Notes: generated by a model not told the origin, from the letters alone. 64,000 bases of DNA from Alphaproteobacteria bacterium (GCA_965228895.1 OZ245842.1:2528001-2592000); one strand, 5' to 3'; counted from the first letter of the stretch, positions 28,798 to 40,725 are shown. A program made the numbers and translations.

Positions 28798-29895
28798 TCA
28801 GGCGAAGCCGTAAAGCGCCGCGGCGTTGTCGTGCACGATCTTCTGCTTGTCCGTCGCCGATATCCCGCCGAAGGTGCGCGCGATGACCTCTTGGCTGTGC
28901 GGGAACGTCCCTTCGTCGTGGGGATAATCGCTGCCCCACAGCAGCACTTCCGCGCCGGTGTAGTCGAGATGACGCAGCGCAATGGGATCGTCGCTGAAGG
29001 TGACGGCGCCCTGACGGCGGAAGAACTCGCTCGGCCGCATTTCCAGCTGGGGGCGGACCCACATGTGCTTCTTGTCGACCTGCTCGTCCATGACATAGAG
29101 CAGCCAGGCAAGCCAGCCGGCGCCACACTCGACGACCACGAAACGCATGCCCGGATGACGCTGCAGCGCGCCGGAGGCAATCAGCAAAGCGACCGGGTTC
29201 TGGCCGCGCGCCATACTCATCGCCATATGGGCGAGCGCGCCGCCATGGCCCTCCTCCTCGCCCCAGTCCTCGGGATAGTAGTCTTCGCTCTCGGTAAAGG
29301 CGTGCAGGCTGACGACAACGCCGGTTTCTTCGACGACCGACCAGAAGGGTTCGTAGTTCGGCATGTTGTAGGGAAGGTTCTCGACGGTCAGCGGTATCTT
29401 GATCGTGCGGTAGCCTTGGGCGGCGACCCGCTCGACCTCCTTGACCGCGCGGTCGATATCGATGACCGGCACAATGGCGACCGGCGCGAAGCGCTCGCTG
29501 TGGGGGCCGAACAACTCGATTGCCCAGTCGTTATAGGCGCGCGCCACGGCGAACTGATAGCCGGGGTCACGCGAGTTATAAAGAAACAGCGAGCTGTTCG
29601 GATAGATCACCTCGGCGCTGACGCCGTCACGCGCCTGATCGCGCAGCCTCAAATCAATATCGCGCCCGCCGGTCGGGTCCTGACGGAACTCGCGGTTCTG
29701 ATCGTCCTCGTCGGCCCGTTCCTCGGCCAGGTCCATGCGCCGGGGTTTTTTGCCATCGACAACGAAGTACTTGTGGCCGTCCCGCTCCTCCACGCGCGGC
29801 GCGCGCTCGCGAAACTTCTTGTCGAGCCACTCAGCATAAAGCTCCGGCGGTTCCTGGACGTGGCTGTCAGCCGATATCACGTTGTCTGCGGCCAT
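28798..29895 (-). CDS. Amidohydrolase_2 family metal-dependent hydrolase
   Basis: Motifs ISADSH, VECGAGW, WGSDYPH.EGT. Confidence 0.88.
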   Translation of the reverse strand: MAADNVISADSHVQEPPELYAEWLDKKFRERAPRVEERDGHKYFVVDGKKPRRMDLAEERADEDDQNREFRQDPTGGRDIDLRLRDQARDGVSAEVIYPNSSLFLYNSRDPGYQFAVARAYNDWAIELFGPHSERFAPVAIVPVIDIDRAVKEVERVAAQGYRTIKIPLTVENLPYNMPNYEPFWSVVEETGVVVSLHAFTESEDYYPEDWGEEEGHGGALAHMAMSMARGQNPVALLIASGALQRHPGMRFVVVECGAGWLAWLLYVMDEQVDKKHMWVRPQLEMRPSEFFRRQGAVTFSDDPIALRHLDYTGAEVLLWGSDYPHDEGTFPHSQEVIARTFGGISATDKQKIVHDNAAALYGFA

Positions 29896-29953
29896 ATTCT
29901 CCTCCCCTTTGTCGCCAGAGAGGAGAATAGGGCTTGATGGCCTTCAGATCGAC

Positions 29954-30706
29954 TCAGTCGAACGTACGCGCAATCTCCTCGCTGCCGATGCCTTCCTTGG
30001 CCACGCGCAGGTCGTGATAGCCGACCGCCAGGATCGATGCGCTGACGCCAGACAGCAGCATATTGACAACTTGCGTTATCAAGTGGCCGGCAATCGAAAC
30101 ATTGGCTTGGGCCGCCATGTCGGGCGTCACGCCGAGCGGCGCGCCGACGGCGAAACCGACGACCAGTTGGACGACGATGCTGATCACGATCCAAATCACC
30201 ATGACAAAGAAGATCTGCCAGCGGTAACCCTTGGTGAGTTCCAGGCTGCGTTTCATGCTTTCGCCGACGCCGGTTCGTTCGACAACCGCGGCCGGTACGG
30301 CAACCCAAAACATGACATAGAGAATGATGCCCGGAATGATGAGGGCGATCGTGCCGATGGCCACCAACAGGCCGACGACAATCGAGACAAAAAAGACCGG
30401 GATCAGAACCGACAATGCGCCGCTGAGTATCTGACCAACGCTGGCTTTGTTGCCTCTGAGGTCACTGACAACGCCATAGACCAGCGCTGCGGAAAGCCAA
30501 AAATAGGCAATGAACCAGAGCAGTATCGTCAGGATGCCGGCCAGACCGGAACCCATGGTGCCGAAGACGAAGACCGTCAGCACAATCGGCACAATGAAGA
30601 TCACGATTGTGACGAGCACAAAGGCGACGATGTTGCGAAAGAACACGGAAATGCCGCGCCCGATAACGCTGCCTACTTGGAAATCACTAACCGTCGGTGA
30701 CGCCAT
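29954..30706 (-). CDS. Polytopic membrane protein (YciC/GDPD-membrane-domain-like)
   Basis: About 6 TM helices, IIPGI, AVVER.G..SMKRS.ELTKG, Y.DLR..KEG. Confidence 0.7.
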   Translation of the reverse strand: MASPTVSDFQVGSVIGRGISVFFRNIVAFVLVTIVIFIVPIVLTVFVFGTMGSGLAGILTILLWFIAYFWLSAALVYGVVSDLRGNKASVGQILSGALSVLIPVFFVSIVVGLLVAIGTIALIIPGIILYVMFWVAVPAAVVERTGVGESMKRSLELTKGYRWQIFFVMVIWIVISIVVQLVVGFAVGAPLGVTPDMAAQANVSIAGHLITQVVNMLLSGVSASILAVGYHDLRVAKEGIGSEEIARTFD

Positions 30707-30790
30707 ACTTCTTCCCCCATTTAACGGCCATCGCCCCGGACGATGGCCCCAGCATCAGAAAGTCAACGATATCACAGAGTTGTAGTGTTT

Positions 30791-31912
30791 TCAGCTCTTG
30801 CCTTTAAGGCCGGTAACATTGAAAACCGGCAACGGCTTCGACAGCCCCTTGACCTCCAACTCGCCGACGGCTTCGGTTTCGGCAATCGCCTCGACATTGG
30901 CATTCACCCGGCGTGTGACATAGATATCGCCGTCACCGGCGCGCCCGCACAGCCGCGACGCGACGTTGGGAATCTGGCCGATGGCGCCGTAGTGAAAGCG
31001 GCCCTCGAAACCGACCTGTCCAAGCGTCGCGAATCCCATGTCGATGCCGACGCCAAAGCCGAGCGCGTAGCCCTTCTGCGTCCATGATTTGCTGAGCCTG
31101 GCCATCGCATCGCGCATGTCGAGCGCCATGCGCACCGCGCGCTCGGCCGGGTCGTCGCAGGGAACGGGGTCGTTGAAGAACGCCATCAAGCCGTCGCCGG
31201 CGAAATGCTCCAACGTTGCCTCGTAGGCGAAGATTAGCGGTCCGATGGCATCATGGTAATCGTGCAGCACAGCCATGATCTCTTCGGGTTCGGCGGCTTC
31301 AGAAAACGCGGTGAAACCACGGAGGTCACAGAAGACCGCGGTGATTTCGCGGCGATGGCTTTCCAGGAGTGCCTCGTTGCCAGGCGACACAATGAGCTCA
31401 GAGACTTGTGGCGAGAAGTAGCTCTTCAGTGCGCTCAGCCGCGCGAGTTCGCTAACCTGCTTTTCGACGCGCTTTTCCAGATCCCGGTTCCAGACCGCCA
31501 GTTGCTCGGCCTGATCCTGGGTCTGGTCATGCAGTGCCTTGACCCGCAGCATCGACTTGACGCGCGCGACCAGCGCCGCCTGCTCGACCGGTTTGGTCAG
31601 GTACTCCTCGGCGCCGGCTTCAAGACCGGCGACAATATCGGCGGGGTCCGACTTCGCCGTGACCAGAATAATCGGCATGAAGGGCAGCGAGGTATCGGTC
31701 TTAAGGCGGCGGCAAAGCTCGATACCGTCGATCTTGGGCATCATGATATCGAGCAGCGCGAGATCAGGCCGTTCGTTCAACGCGACGTCTAGGGCCTGTT
31801 GGCCGTCACGGGCCTGCAGGATCTCGTAGCCCTGGGCCGCCAGTCGGGTTTCCAGGATATCTAAGTTCGCCGGCCTGTCGTCCGCGATCAGAATGCGCGC
31901 CGGCCCTGTCAT
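30791..31912 (-). CDS. Receiver domain + class III nucleotide cyclase
   Basis: REC domain (ADD, LLDIMMP, TAK, KP) and cyclase domain (FCDLRGFT, FAGDG, N.ASRL). Confidence 0.9.
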   Translation of the reverse strand: MTGPARILIADDRPANLDILETRLAAQGYEILQARDGQQALDVALNERPDLALLDIMMPKIDGIELCRRLKTDTSLPFMPIILVTAKSDPADIVAGLEAGAEEYLTKPVEQAALVARVKSMLRVKALHDQTQDQAEQLAVWNRDLEKRVEKQVSELARLSALKSYFSPQVSELIVSPGNEALLESHRREITAVFCDLRGFTAFSEAAEPEEIMAVLHDYHDAIGPLIFAYEATLEHFAGDGLMAFFNDPVPCDDPAERAVRMALDMRDAMARLSKSWTQKGYALGFGVGIDMGFATLGQVGFEGRFHYGAIGQIPNVASRLCGRAGDGDIYVTRRVNANVEAIAETEAVGELEVKGLSKPLPVFNVTGLKGKS

Positions 31913-32286
31913 GAGGGATCGGCCGGTACCAGGCTCTTGACCTTAGCGAGGATCTCCCGCGGGCTCACCGGCTTGGCAAAATAGGCATCGGAACCTGCCT
32001 CGATCGCCTCCTGCCGGTCACCATCGAAAGCGTAAGACGTCACGGCAACAATGGGGATGTGCATCAGCGCCGGATCACCTTTCAGGCGCCGGGTGGCTTC
32101 GTGGCCGTCCATGCCGGGCAGTTGGATATCCATCAAGATGAGATCCGGGCGTTCGCGCTGGGCGACGTCAATCGCTTCGACGCCGGTTGATGCCTCAAGC
32201 ACCGCATAGCCAGCACTGGTCAGGAGATCGCGCATGATCTGTTTGTTGTCGTCTTGATCTTCGACCACAAGGATGCGCCCGCTCAT
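31909..32286 (-). CDS. Single-domain response regulator (DivK-like)
   Basis: Motifs VEDQ, MDIQLP, VTS, KP. Confidence 0.9.
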   Translation of the reverse strand: MSGRILVVEDQDDNKQIMRDLLTSAGYAVLEASTGVEAIDVAQRERPDLILMDIQLPGMDGHEATRRLKGDPALMHIPIVAVTSYAFDGDRQEAIEAGSDAYFAKPVSPREILAKVKSLVPADPS

Positions 32287-35200
32287 GGGAGATCCTCCTC
32301 ACGTTGCGCTTGGATCGGCACCGTGAACAAAAACGTCGCGCCGCGCCCCAGCTCCGATTCAACCCATAGCTTGCCGCCGTGCATGTCGATAAAACGGCGG
32401 GAAATCGTTAGGCCCAGACCGGTTCCGCCCTGCTCACGCGTGCTGGAACTGTCGGCCTGCTGGAACTCATCGAAGATGGCTTCGTGATCCTCCTTGTCGA
32501 TACCCGGACCGGTGTCGCGAACGCGCACCAGGAAGTCGGTCTCAACAATGTCGACGTTTACCGTGACCTCGCCTTCATGGGTAAATTTGATGGCGTTGCC
32601 CAACAGGTTGGTCAGAACCTGCGCCAAACGGTGACTATCACCATGACCGACCGGCAGGTCCGGCGGCACCGTCCAGACGAGATCGAGTTCCTTTTCCCGC
32701 GCCAGGGGCTCAACGCCGGCAATGACGGACTCGACCACCTCGCCCATGGCGTAGGAATCGAGAGACAGCTTGAATTGCCCCGCTTCGATCTTCGACAGGT
32801 CAAGGACGTCGTTGATCAGGCCAAGAAGGTTGCGGCCGTTCTTGCTGACCCGGTCGACGACCTTGGTGACCTGTTCGGGCACCTCGCCGTAGATGCCGTC
32901 GTTGATCAGTTCCGTGTAGCCAAGGATGGCATTCAGCGGCGTTCTCAGCTCATGACTCATGTTGGCCAGGAAGCGGCTCTTGGCCTGGTTGGCCAGCTCG
33001 GCCTGCTCTTTGGCGTCGCGCATCGCAATTTCAGCTTCCTTGCGGAGCGTTATGTCGTGGGAGATGGTCAGCACCGCACGCACGCTGCCGTCGGCCTCCG
33101 CCAGCGGTACCTTGGTTGTGTAGTAGGTCGACCATCGACCACTGGCGCCGCGCGAGGTGTCTTCGAACCCCGGAATCGGCACGCCGCTCTCAATGACCTG
33201 CCGATCCCGCTCACGGGTTTTCGCGGCATATTCGGTATCGGTGACGTCGTCGATCGACTTGCCGGTCAGCTCGTCAGGGTCAAAGCCGTAGAATTCCGCC
33301 TGGGCCGGATTGGCAAGGATGAACCGTCCGTCAACATCCTTCAGGTTGATCACAGCCGGCGTCTGATCAATGACCGTCTTGAGCATGTGTTGGCTTTCGG
33401 CAAGCGCCGCCTCAGTCGCCTTTCGTTTCGTGATATCCGTCTGGATCGAAACGGTGCGGCCGAAGTCGGTCTTTCGATCACGGATCTGAAGCCAGCGTCC
33501 GGTCGTCAACTGGACGTCGATCGATCCGCGCAGGGTGCGACGGTGTTGGTCCCGCTTGCCAAGGTAGTCGTCGGAGTCATGCCCCACGACGACAATCTTG
33601 CGTTCGACATCCAGGCGACCGAGCTCTTGGAAAAGGACGCCCGGTTTGACGTCCTCATCGGTGTAGCCGTAGAACTCCTTGAACTGCCTGTTGCACAACA
33701 CCAGCCGATCGTCGGCGTCGTAAACAACAATGCCTTCCGACATGTTCTCGATAGCGTCGGACAGGCGCACTTCCGCTTCGCTGATCGCGACCTCGGCCGC
33801 CTTCAGTTCGGTGATGTCGGCTTGGATGCTGACGGTGCCGCCGGATGCGGTCTTGCGATCGCGGATCTGCAGCCAGCGCCCATCAGTCAGGCGGATCTCC
33901 AACGAACCCTCGTGTTCGTCACGCTGCCAGATACGTCGTTTGAAGTGCGGCGCGCCAACCTGATCGGCGATGACGCCGTTTTCCAGATCGAGCCGAATCA
34001 GATCATCAAAATGGGTGCCCGGACGAACATCCTCGTCGCGGTACTGATAGAAGTCCTGGAAACGCCGGTTGCACAGAACAAGCCGGTTGTCAGCGTCATA
34101 GACGACGATGCCCTCAGACATATTCGCGATGGCGTCGAGCAGGCGCGCCTCGGCAGCCGCCGCAGCGTCCTTGGCGCGCAGAATTTCCTCTTCGACCTGC
34201 TTGCGCTCGGTAATGTCGCGCAGATAGGCGGTGATAATCTTCCGGCTGTCGACGTCGCGCGCCGTGATCGCGATCTCGACCGGTATCTCGCTGCCGTCGG
34301 CGCGGACCGCCGGCAACTCCAGCCGTTGGCCAAGCACCCGTTCTTCGCCGGTGGTGCGATAACGTTCCAGTCCATCGGCGTGGGCTTCGCGCAAGGCTTC
34401 GGGTACGATCAAGTCTGATAGCCGCTGACCTATCGCCTGGTCGCGGGTATAGCCGAACGTTCGTTCGGCCGCCGGATTGAACTCCAGAACCTCGCCCAGT
34501 TCATCGATGGAGATAATGGCGTCAAGCGCCGACTCAAGCACCGAACCCTTAAGCGTCTCGCTGTCCAGCAGCGCCCTGCCGAATGCCTTTTCGTCACTGA
34601 TGTCGGTGCCAATCAGACCGATCGCGACGGATCCGTCGAATGGCATGGTGATGGGAAACTTGACCTCCATAAAGGTCCGTTCACCGCCCGGTGTGGTGAC
34701 GACCTGTTCGCGCGCAATGACATCGCCGGTGCTCAAGACTTCCCGATCATGCAGCGTGTAGGGATCGGCGAAGGACGCGGGAAACAGGTCACTCGCCGAT
34801 TTGCCGACAACATCGTCGTGCTGGAGTTCGTGGAGGTCGAGAAACTTTTGGTTGGCATAGAGGTATCGACCGTCTGCATCTTTCAAGCACATGACCGTGG
34901 GCGAGTGTTGCGTGATCGCCTCCAGCAGCACTTGCGTCTCGCGCAGCGTACGCAGAGCGGCCATGCGCTTGCTGACGTCGCGGCCATAGATGTTGACACG
35001 ACCGTTGTCGCGATCCGGATAAAGCTCGAACGTGTAGTCACACCCATCAAGGGCAAACTCGACCTCCTGATGGCGCCCGGACGTCGCCGCTTCGATGGCG
35101 ACGTCGCACAGCGCATCGGCCATCAGGCAATTGGCTGCCTCGTCGATCAGGCCAGAAATGGCTTTTGCGGCAACGTTGGCGAAAGCAAGGCGCCCGGTTT

Positions 35201-35621
35201 CATCGGTTGCCAAGACGGGATTGGGATTGTGTTCGGGAAAGTGAGCGAGATTGTCCTTCGCGCCCGACGATTCACGGCCGAAGAAGCAATACATTCCCTG
35301 GTCATCTGGCCCGACAATGTCGAAACCGAACGTCGTGTCGCCGAATGACACGGCCAGCGCATCGCGACCATCGCGTGCCGCAGCAAGCAGGTCGTCGTGG
35401 ATGCGGCCGCTTTCATCATCCTTCGTTTGTGTGGTCAGCCCGCCTATCGAAGCCGCTGCCTTGTTGGAGAACGCGATCCGGCCGTCGCCGTCCGTACTCA
35501 CGACCGGCCCAGGAAAGGCATCGACGGCGGTTGTCAGGATACCGTCGACACCGGGCGAGCGTGCGGAAGCCCGCGACCGCACGGGTCGCGTCTGCTCTGT
35601 TCCATCCGTTTGCTTCCCCAT
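32283..35621 (-). CDS. Cytoplasmic multi-PAS sensor histidine kinase
   Basis: Several PAS/PAC domains ending in DIT/DIS/DVS, H-box MSHELRTPLN, N-box NAIKFT, DTGPGI, GTGLGL. Confidence 0.93.
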   Translation of the reverse strand: MGKQTDGTEQTRPVRSRASARSPGVDGILTTAVDAFPGPVVSTDGDGRIAFSNKAAASIGGLTTQTKDDESGRIHDDLLAAARDGRDALAVSFGDTTFGFDIVGPDDQGMYCFFGRESSGAKDNLAHFPEHNPNPVLATDETGRLAFANVAAKAISGLIDEAANCLMADALCDVAIEAATSGRHQEVEFALDGCDYTFELYPDRDNGRVNIYGRDVSKRMAALRTLRETQVLLEAITQHSPTVMCLKDADGRYLYANQKFLDLHELQHDDVVGKSASDLFPASFADPYTLHDREVLSTGDVIAREQVVTTPGGERTFMEVKFPITMPFDGSVAIGLIGTDISDEKAFGRALLDSETLKGSVLESALDAIISIDELGEVLEFNPAAERTFGYTRDQAIGQRLSDLIVPEALREAHADGLERYRTTGEERVLGQRLELPAVRADGSEIPVEIAITARDVDSRKIITAYLRDITERKQVEEEILRAKDAAAAAEARLLDAIANMSEGIVVYDADNRLVLCNRRFQDFYQYRDEDVRPGTHFDDLIRLDLENGVIADQVGAPHFKRRIWQRDEHEGSLEIRLTDGRWLQIRDRKTASGGTVSIQADITELKAAEVAISEAEVRLSDAIENMSEGIVVYDADDRLVLCNRQFKEFYGYTDEDVKPGVLFQELGRLDVERKIVVVGHDSDDYLGKRDQHRRTLRGSIDVQLTTGRWLQIRDRKTDFGRTVSIQTDITKRKATEAALAESQHMLKTVIDQTPAVINLKDVDGRFILANPAQAEFYGFDPDELTGKSIDDVTDTEYAAKTRERDRQVIESGVPIPGFEDTSRGASGRWSTYYTTKVPLAEADGSVRAVLTISHDITLRKEAEIAMRDAKEQAELANQAKSRFLANMSHELRTPLNAILGYTELINDGIYGEVPEQVTKVVDRVSKNGRNLLGLINDVLDLSKIEAGQFKLSLDSYAMGEVVESVIAGVEPLAREKELDLVWTVPPDLPVGHGDSHRLAQVLTNLLGNAIKFTHEGEVTVNVDIVETDFLVRVRDTGPGIDKEDHEAIFDEFQQADSSSTREQGGTGLGLTISRRFIDMHGGKLWVESELGRGATFLFTVPIQAQREEDLP
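33420..34145 (-). repeat. Tandem intragenic duplication of a PAS domain (~33801-34145 and ~33420-33767)
   Basis: DAI.NMSEGIVVYDAD.RLVLCNR.F..FY.Y.DEDV.PG and GRWLQIRDRKT..G.TVSIQ.DIT occur in both copies. Confidence 0.85.
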
Positions 35622-35712
35622 CGGATGTCCGTCGCCAAGTCCTCACACACCGTCACCATAGCCCGACGCCGAGATCGCGAAAACCACGCTGTGCCAGATA
35701 GATGGACAGGAC

Positions 35713-36369
35713 CTAGGGACACAGTGCGGGGATGAGCCGGCCCGATTGTGTGACCCAGCCGAACAGGTGATTCTCGCCATAGATGAGTGCGATCGCCTCA
35801 TCATGCAGCGACTGTTCCTCTGCCGCGCAACAGTCTTCAACCGTCAGGCAGTAATAGCCGTAATCCACAGCAGAGCGCAGCGTCGAGTGCACACAACACT
35901 GGGTTGTCACTCCCATGACAATCAGGTGCGTGATCCCGCGCGCTTCCAGCATCGCCTGCAGGTCGGTTCGGAAGAAGGCGCTGAAGCCGGGTTTGTCGAT
36001 ATCCGGCTCGCCCGCCATCGGCGCCAACTCGGGCACCAGGGCCTGCCCTGCCTCACCGCAGATCAGAAAGCGGCCCAGAGGCCCTCGATCCTTCTCTGGC
36101 CGGCGCGCCTTTTTCATCGGCGACATATCGGAGCCATCGGCCCGATAGCCCTCGCGTGTGTGGACAATGAAGAGGCCGACATCGCGGGCCGCCGCCAGGA
36201 CCGCGCCGAACCGCGGCATGATCGCGCGCATCATCGTGATATCGCCGCCCATCGAGGCGACATAGCCCTCGGGATCCAGGAAATCCCGCTGCATATCGAT
36301 GGCCAGGAGTGCCGTTTTGTCGGGTTCAAACGAGAACGTCCGATCGAAATTGCACGGCACCGACACCAT
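35713..36369 (-). CDS. Cysteine hydrolase (isochorismatase superfamily, biuret-hydrolase-like)
   Basis: Motifs IDMQRDF, HTREG, KPGFSAF, GVTTQCCVHST. Confidence 0.85.
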   Translation of the reverse strand: MVSVPCNFDRTFSFEPDKTALLAIDMQRDFLDPEGYVASMGGDITMMRAIMPRFGAVLAAARDVGLFIVHTREGYRADGSDMSPMKKARRPEKDRGPLGRFLICGEAGQALVPELAPMAGEPDIDKPGFSAFFRTDLQAMLEARGITHLIVMGVTTQCCVHSTLRSAVDYGYYCLTVEDCCAAEEQSLHDEAIALIYGENHLFGWVTQSGRLIPALCP

Positions 36370-36501
36370 CGCGACCTCCTGACCCGCACCAAAGCGCCGA
36401 AATAGCGCCACATCGTGATCATAGGGATAAAGTGACGGAACGCACCATGAAAGCCGTTTTTCCTGGAAAATCAGGCCGGTACGATCAACTCTTGAGTGCA
36501 A

Positions 36502-37257
36502 ATGACGAGAGCGTTGCCACAACAGCCGCGATTTCGGCAAAGCGCGCGGGCCCGGCTTGCCGTGCTGCTCGTCCTCGTCCCCCTTCTTATCCCCCTCATT
36601 GTCGGGGGCTCGCCGGCCCAGGCGGCGATCGACGAGACCGCCATTCGCGCCGCCGTCGACGAGGTCTACGACGGCAGCGACTACCAAACCAGCCTTCCCG
36701 GTGTCGACGAGCCCTTGCCCCAACCGGATCCGGAGCCGGAAGCCGCAGATCCCGCGTCCGAGCCCATGAACCTCGCCTGGCTGGCCGACGTGCTTGAGGT
36801 CGTCTCCTATGGCCTTCTGGCCGGCGCCGTCATCTTCGTTGTCTATACCGGTCTGCGCGCCTTCATGAACATGCGCTTGCGGCCCCGCCGGTCTGATTTG
36901 GACCCATCATCGGACGACGAATGGGGCGCCCACAAAGGCTCTCAAGAAGCGCGGCCGACGCAGTTCGCCGACGCCGAGGCCCTGGCGCGCCAGGGCGCCT
37001 ATGGGGAGGCCGTGCATGCCTTGCTGCTGGTCGTCGTCGAGGCGATGCGGCGGCGTTATGATACCGTCCGGCCAGCGCAGACCGCGCGAGAGCTGGTCCG
37101 CCACGTCGCTTTGGGCGCCAGCCGTCATGACGACTTCGCCGATCTGGTCGGCGCCGCCGAACTAGGCCACTTTGGCGGCCGCACAATCGATCGCGAAACC
37201 TATGAATCGAGCCACGAACGCGCCCAGCGTCTGCTGGCGGCACTGGCGGCAAACTGA
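36502..37257 (+). CDS. DUF4129-like membrane protein
   Basis: TM segment, A..G.Y.EAVH.LLL, TAREL, HFGGR, and position in a MoxR cluster. Confidence 0.7.
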   Translation: MTRALPQQPRFRQSARARLAVLLVLVPLLIPLIVGGSPAQAAIDETAIRAAVDEVYDGSDYQTSLPGVDEPLPQPDPEPEAADPASEPMNLAWLADVLEVVSYGLLAGAVIFVVYTGLRAFMNMRLRPRRSDLDPSSDDEWGAHKGSQEARPTQFADAEALARQGAYGEAVHALLLVVVEAMRRRYDTVRPAQTARELVRHVALGASRHDDFADLVGAAELGHFGGRTIDRETYESSHERAQRLLAALAAN

Positions 37258-38457
37258 TGGGGTCGCTCAACAACCGCATGCGTGCGCTGATCGGCGCGGT
37301 GATCCTGCTGGCCGTCGCCGCCGCTGCCGTCGCCTTGCGCCAGGATGTCGGTGACAACGTCACCGGCAGCGACCCCAGCGTCGTCTCCATCTCCGCGATT
37401 GGTAAAGGCGCGTTCTACGAGCTGTTGGAGGACCTCGACGTGTCCGTCGATGTCGACCGCGGCCGCGGTGGCGCGCCTGACAAACTCAGCGACGATCTGC
37501 GCGTGGTGACCGGAAGACCGGTCGACGCCGACAACAGAGGCTTTGTCGCAAGCCGCCTGGCCGGCGAGCGGCTCTTGGTCGTGCTGCCGAAATGGAACGT
37601 CGTGGACGATCCCTTTCACGCCGGCTGGGTCGGTGAGGCTACCGGCATGGAGGTGCGCGACGTCATCTCGATGCTGCGCATGGTCGTTCCCGACGGCAAG
37701 ATCGTGCGCCCGTCGTCGCCGGTCGCCTGGACCGTCAACGAACTCGGTTTCTCACCGACACTCACCCAACCGCAGCTGTTTGCTTCCGGCCAGGCACGAC
37801 CCATCGTGGCCAGCGATGACGGCATGCTGATCGGCGAGATCAGCTTTGGCAACCGCCGCATCTGGGTCGTCGCGGATCCCGACTTCATAACCAATCACGG
37901 CCTGCATCGTGACAGCAACGCCGCGCTTGCCGTCGCCATGATCGAGGCGATGGTGCCGGCCGACGGCCGCGTCGTTTTCGATCTGGCGGTCCAGGAGACG
38001 ATCGAACCGCTCAGCCTGACGCAGCTTCTGTTCGAGTTTCCAACCGCCATCGTGACTGTTCAGACCGCCATCGTGCTTCTTCTGCTGCTGTGGGCGCTCA
38101 CCGGATCATTCGGCACGCGCTACGAACTGCCGCGCCCTCTGCAGTCGGGCAGCGCGGCCCTGATCGCGAACATGTCGGCGCTGTTGATCCTCGGCGGCCA
38201 TTTCCGCGATATGCTGACGCGCTATGCTCAGGCGACTGTGCGCGATGTCGCCAACCGCCTGCACGCGCCCGCCGGCCTGGACCGTGCGGCCCGCAACGCG
38301 TGGCTCGAACGTGTCGCCGATGCGCGCGGTGTCAGCCACAACCTCGAACGTTTGACCCAAGACCTCGACCGTATGGCCGGCACGCGAAGCCGGCCGGATG
38401 CGCGGCGGACCATCGAAGCCGCCGCCGCCTTTCATCAATGGAGACAGGAGATGATCC

Positions 38458-38480
<23 letters not shown>
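37257..38480 (+). CDS. DUF4350-like membrane-anchored protein
   Basis: N-terminal [13 protein letters not shown]-terminal TM, and position in a MoxR cluster. Confidence 0.65.
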
Positions 38481-39410
<930 letters not shown>

Positions 39411-39414
<4 letters not shown>

Positions 39415-40724
39415 TTTACCCGACGCGACGCGCCATTCTGCTGGTGGCGGCCGGTGTGCCGCCGACCATGCTGGGCGTTGTCGCGTTGCCCGAACTGTGG
39501 GCGGTCGGTCTGGCCTGGCTGTGCGGCACCGTCTTGTTCGTGGTTTTGGATGGCCTTCTTGGCGTTTCGGCGCGTCGTCTTTCTGTCGACTGGAACGCGC
39601 CGTCGGTTCTTTACGTCGGCGAAAGCGACCCCTTCACCATTCACTTTGCGGCGGCCGGCGCGGAGCGGACGACACCGATAGACGTGCTCTTGGAGGTTGC
39701 CGGTGTTGTCGACCGGCCCGAGATGGCGCGCCGCCCCATCGATCACCGCCGCGACGTCGACGTCACCATCGCCCTGGTGCCCCACAGGCGCGGCATCGCC
39801 GCCATCCAGCGGCTGTGGCTGCGCTGGCGCGGGCCCTTCGGGCTGACCTGGCGCAAGGTCGGTCACCAGATCAACCTGGACATACCGGTGCTGCCCAACA
39901 TCCGCGCCGTGCGCCAATCCGCTCTGTCGCTGCAAGTACGCGATGCCTATTTCGGCAGCAAGGTGCAGCGCGAGGCCGGCGGCGGGTCGGAGTTCGACGC
40001 GTTGCGTGACCATGTGCCCGGACTCGACAGCCGGGCGATCGACTGGAAGCACTCCGCGCGTCACCGCAAACTCGTCAGCAAGGAGTTTCAGACCGAACGC
40101 AACCACCAGATCGTCATGGCGATCGACACCGGACGCCTGATGAGCGAACCGCTCAACGGCATCCCCCGGCTGGACCGCGCGATCAACGCCGGATTGGTCC
40201 TGACCTATACCAGCCTGCATGCCGGCGACCGTGTCGGTGTCTATGGTTTCGACGCGCAGGTCCGGCTCTTCGCTTCGCCCATGGGCGGCGTGCGCGCCTT
40301 CCCGCGTGTGCAACAATCCTTGGCCCAGCTCGACTATCGCGACGAGGAGACCAACTTTACGCTCGGTCTCACCGCATTGCTGGGCCGTCTAAAGCAGCGC
40401 TCTCTTGTCGTCGTCATGACCGACTTTGTCGATACGATCACCGCCGAGTTGATGGTCGAAAATCTGGGCCGCATGGCGAACCGTCACTTGATCCTCTTTG
40501 CCGTGCTGCGCGACCCCGTGTTGACCGGCGCCATCGAAGACCGGCCGGCAACCCTGGAAGATCTGTCGCAGGCGGTCATCGCCGGCGATCTCGCGCGTGA
40601 ACGCGCCGGCGTCCTGGAACGCCTGCGCCGCTTCGGCGTGCACTGCCTGGAGGCCGACGCGGCCAACCTGAACAGCGATCTTATCAACCGTTATCTGTCG
40701 ATCAAGCAGCGGGAGCTGATCTGA
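39411..40724 (+). CDS. DUF58 (vWA-like) protein
   Basis: Motifs [27 protein letters not shown]. Confidence 0.88.
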
Positions 40725-40725
40725 C

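Noticed and set aside
30791-31912. Cyclase as a Pycsar/CBASS defence component
   Set aside because: It is fused to a receiver domain in a two-component operon, with no TIR or TM effector gene alongside.
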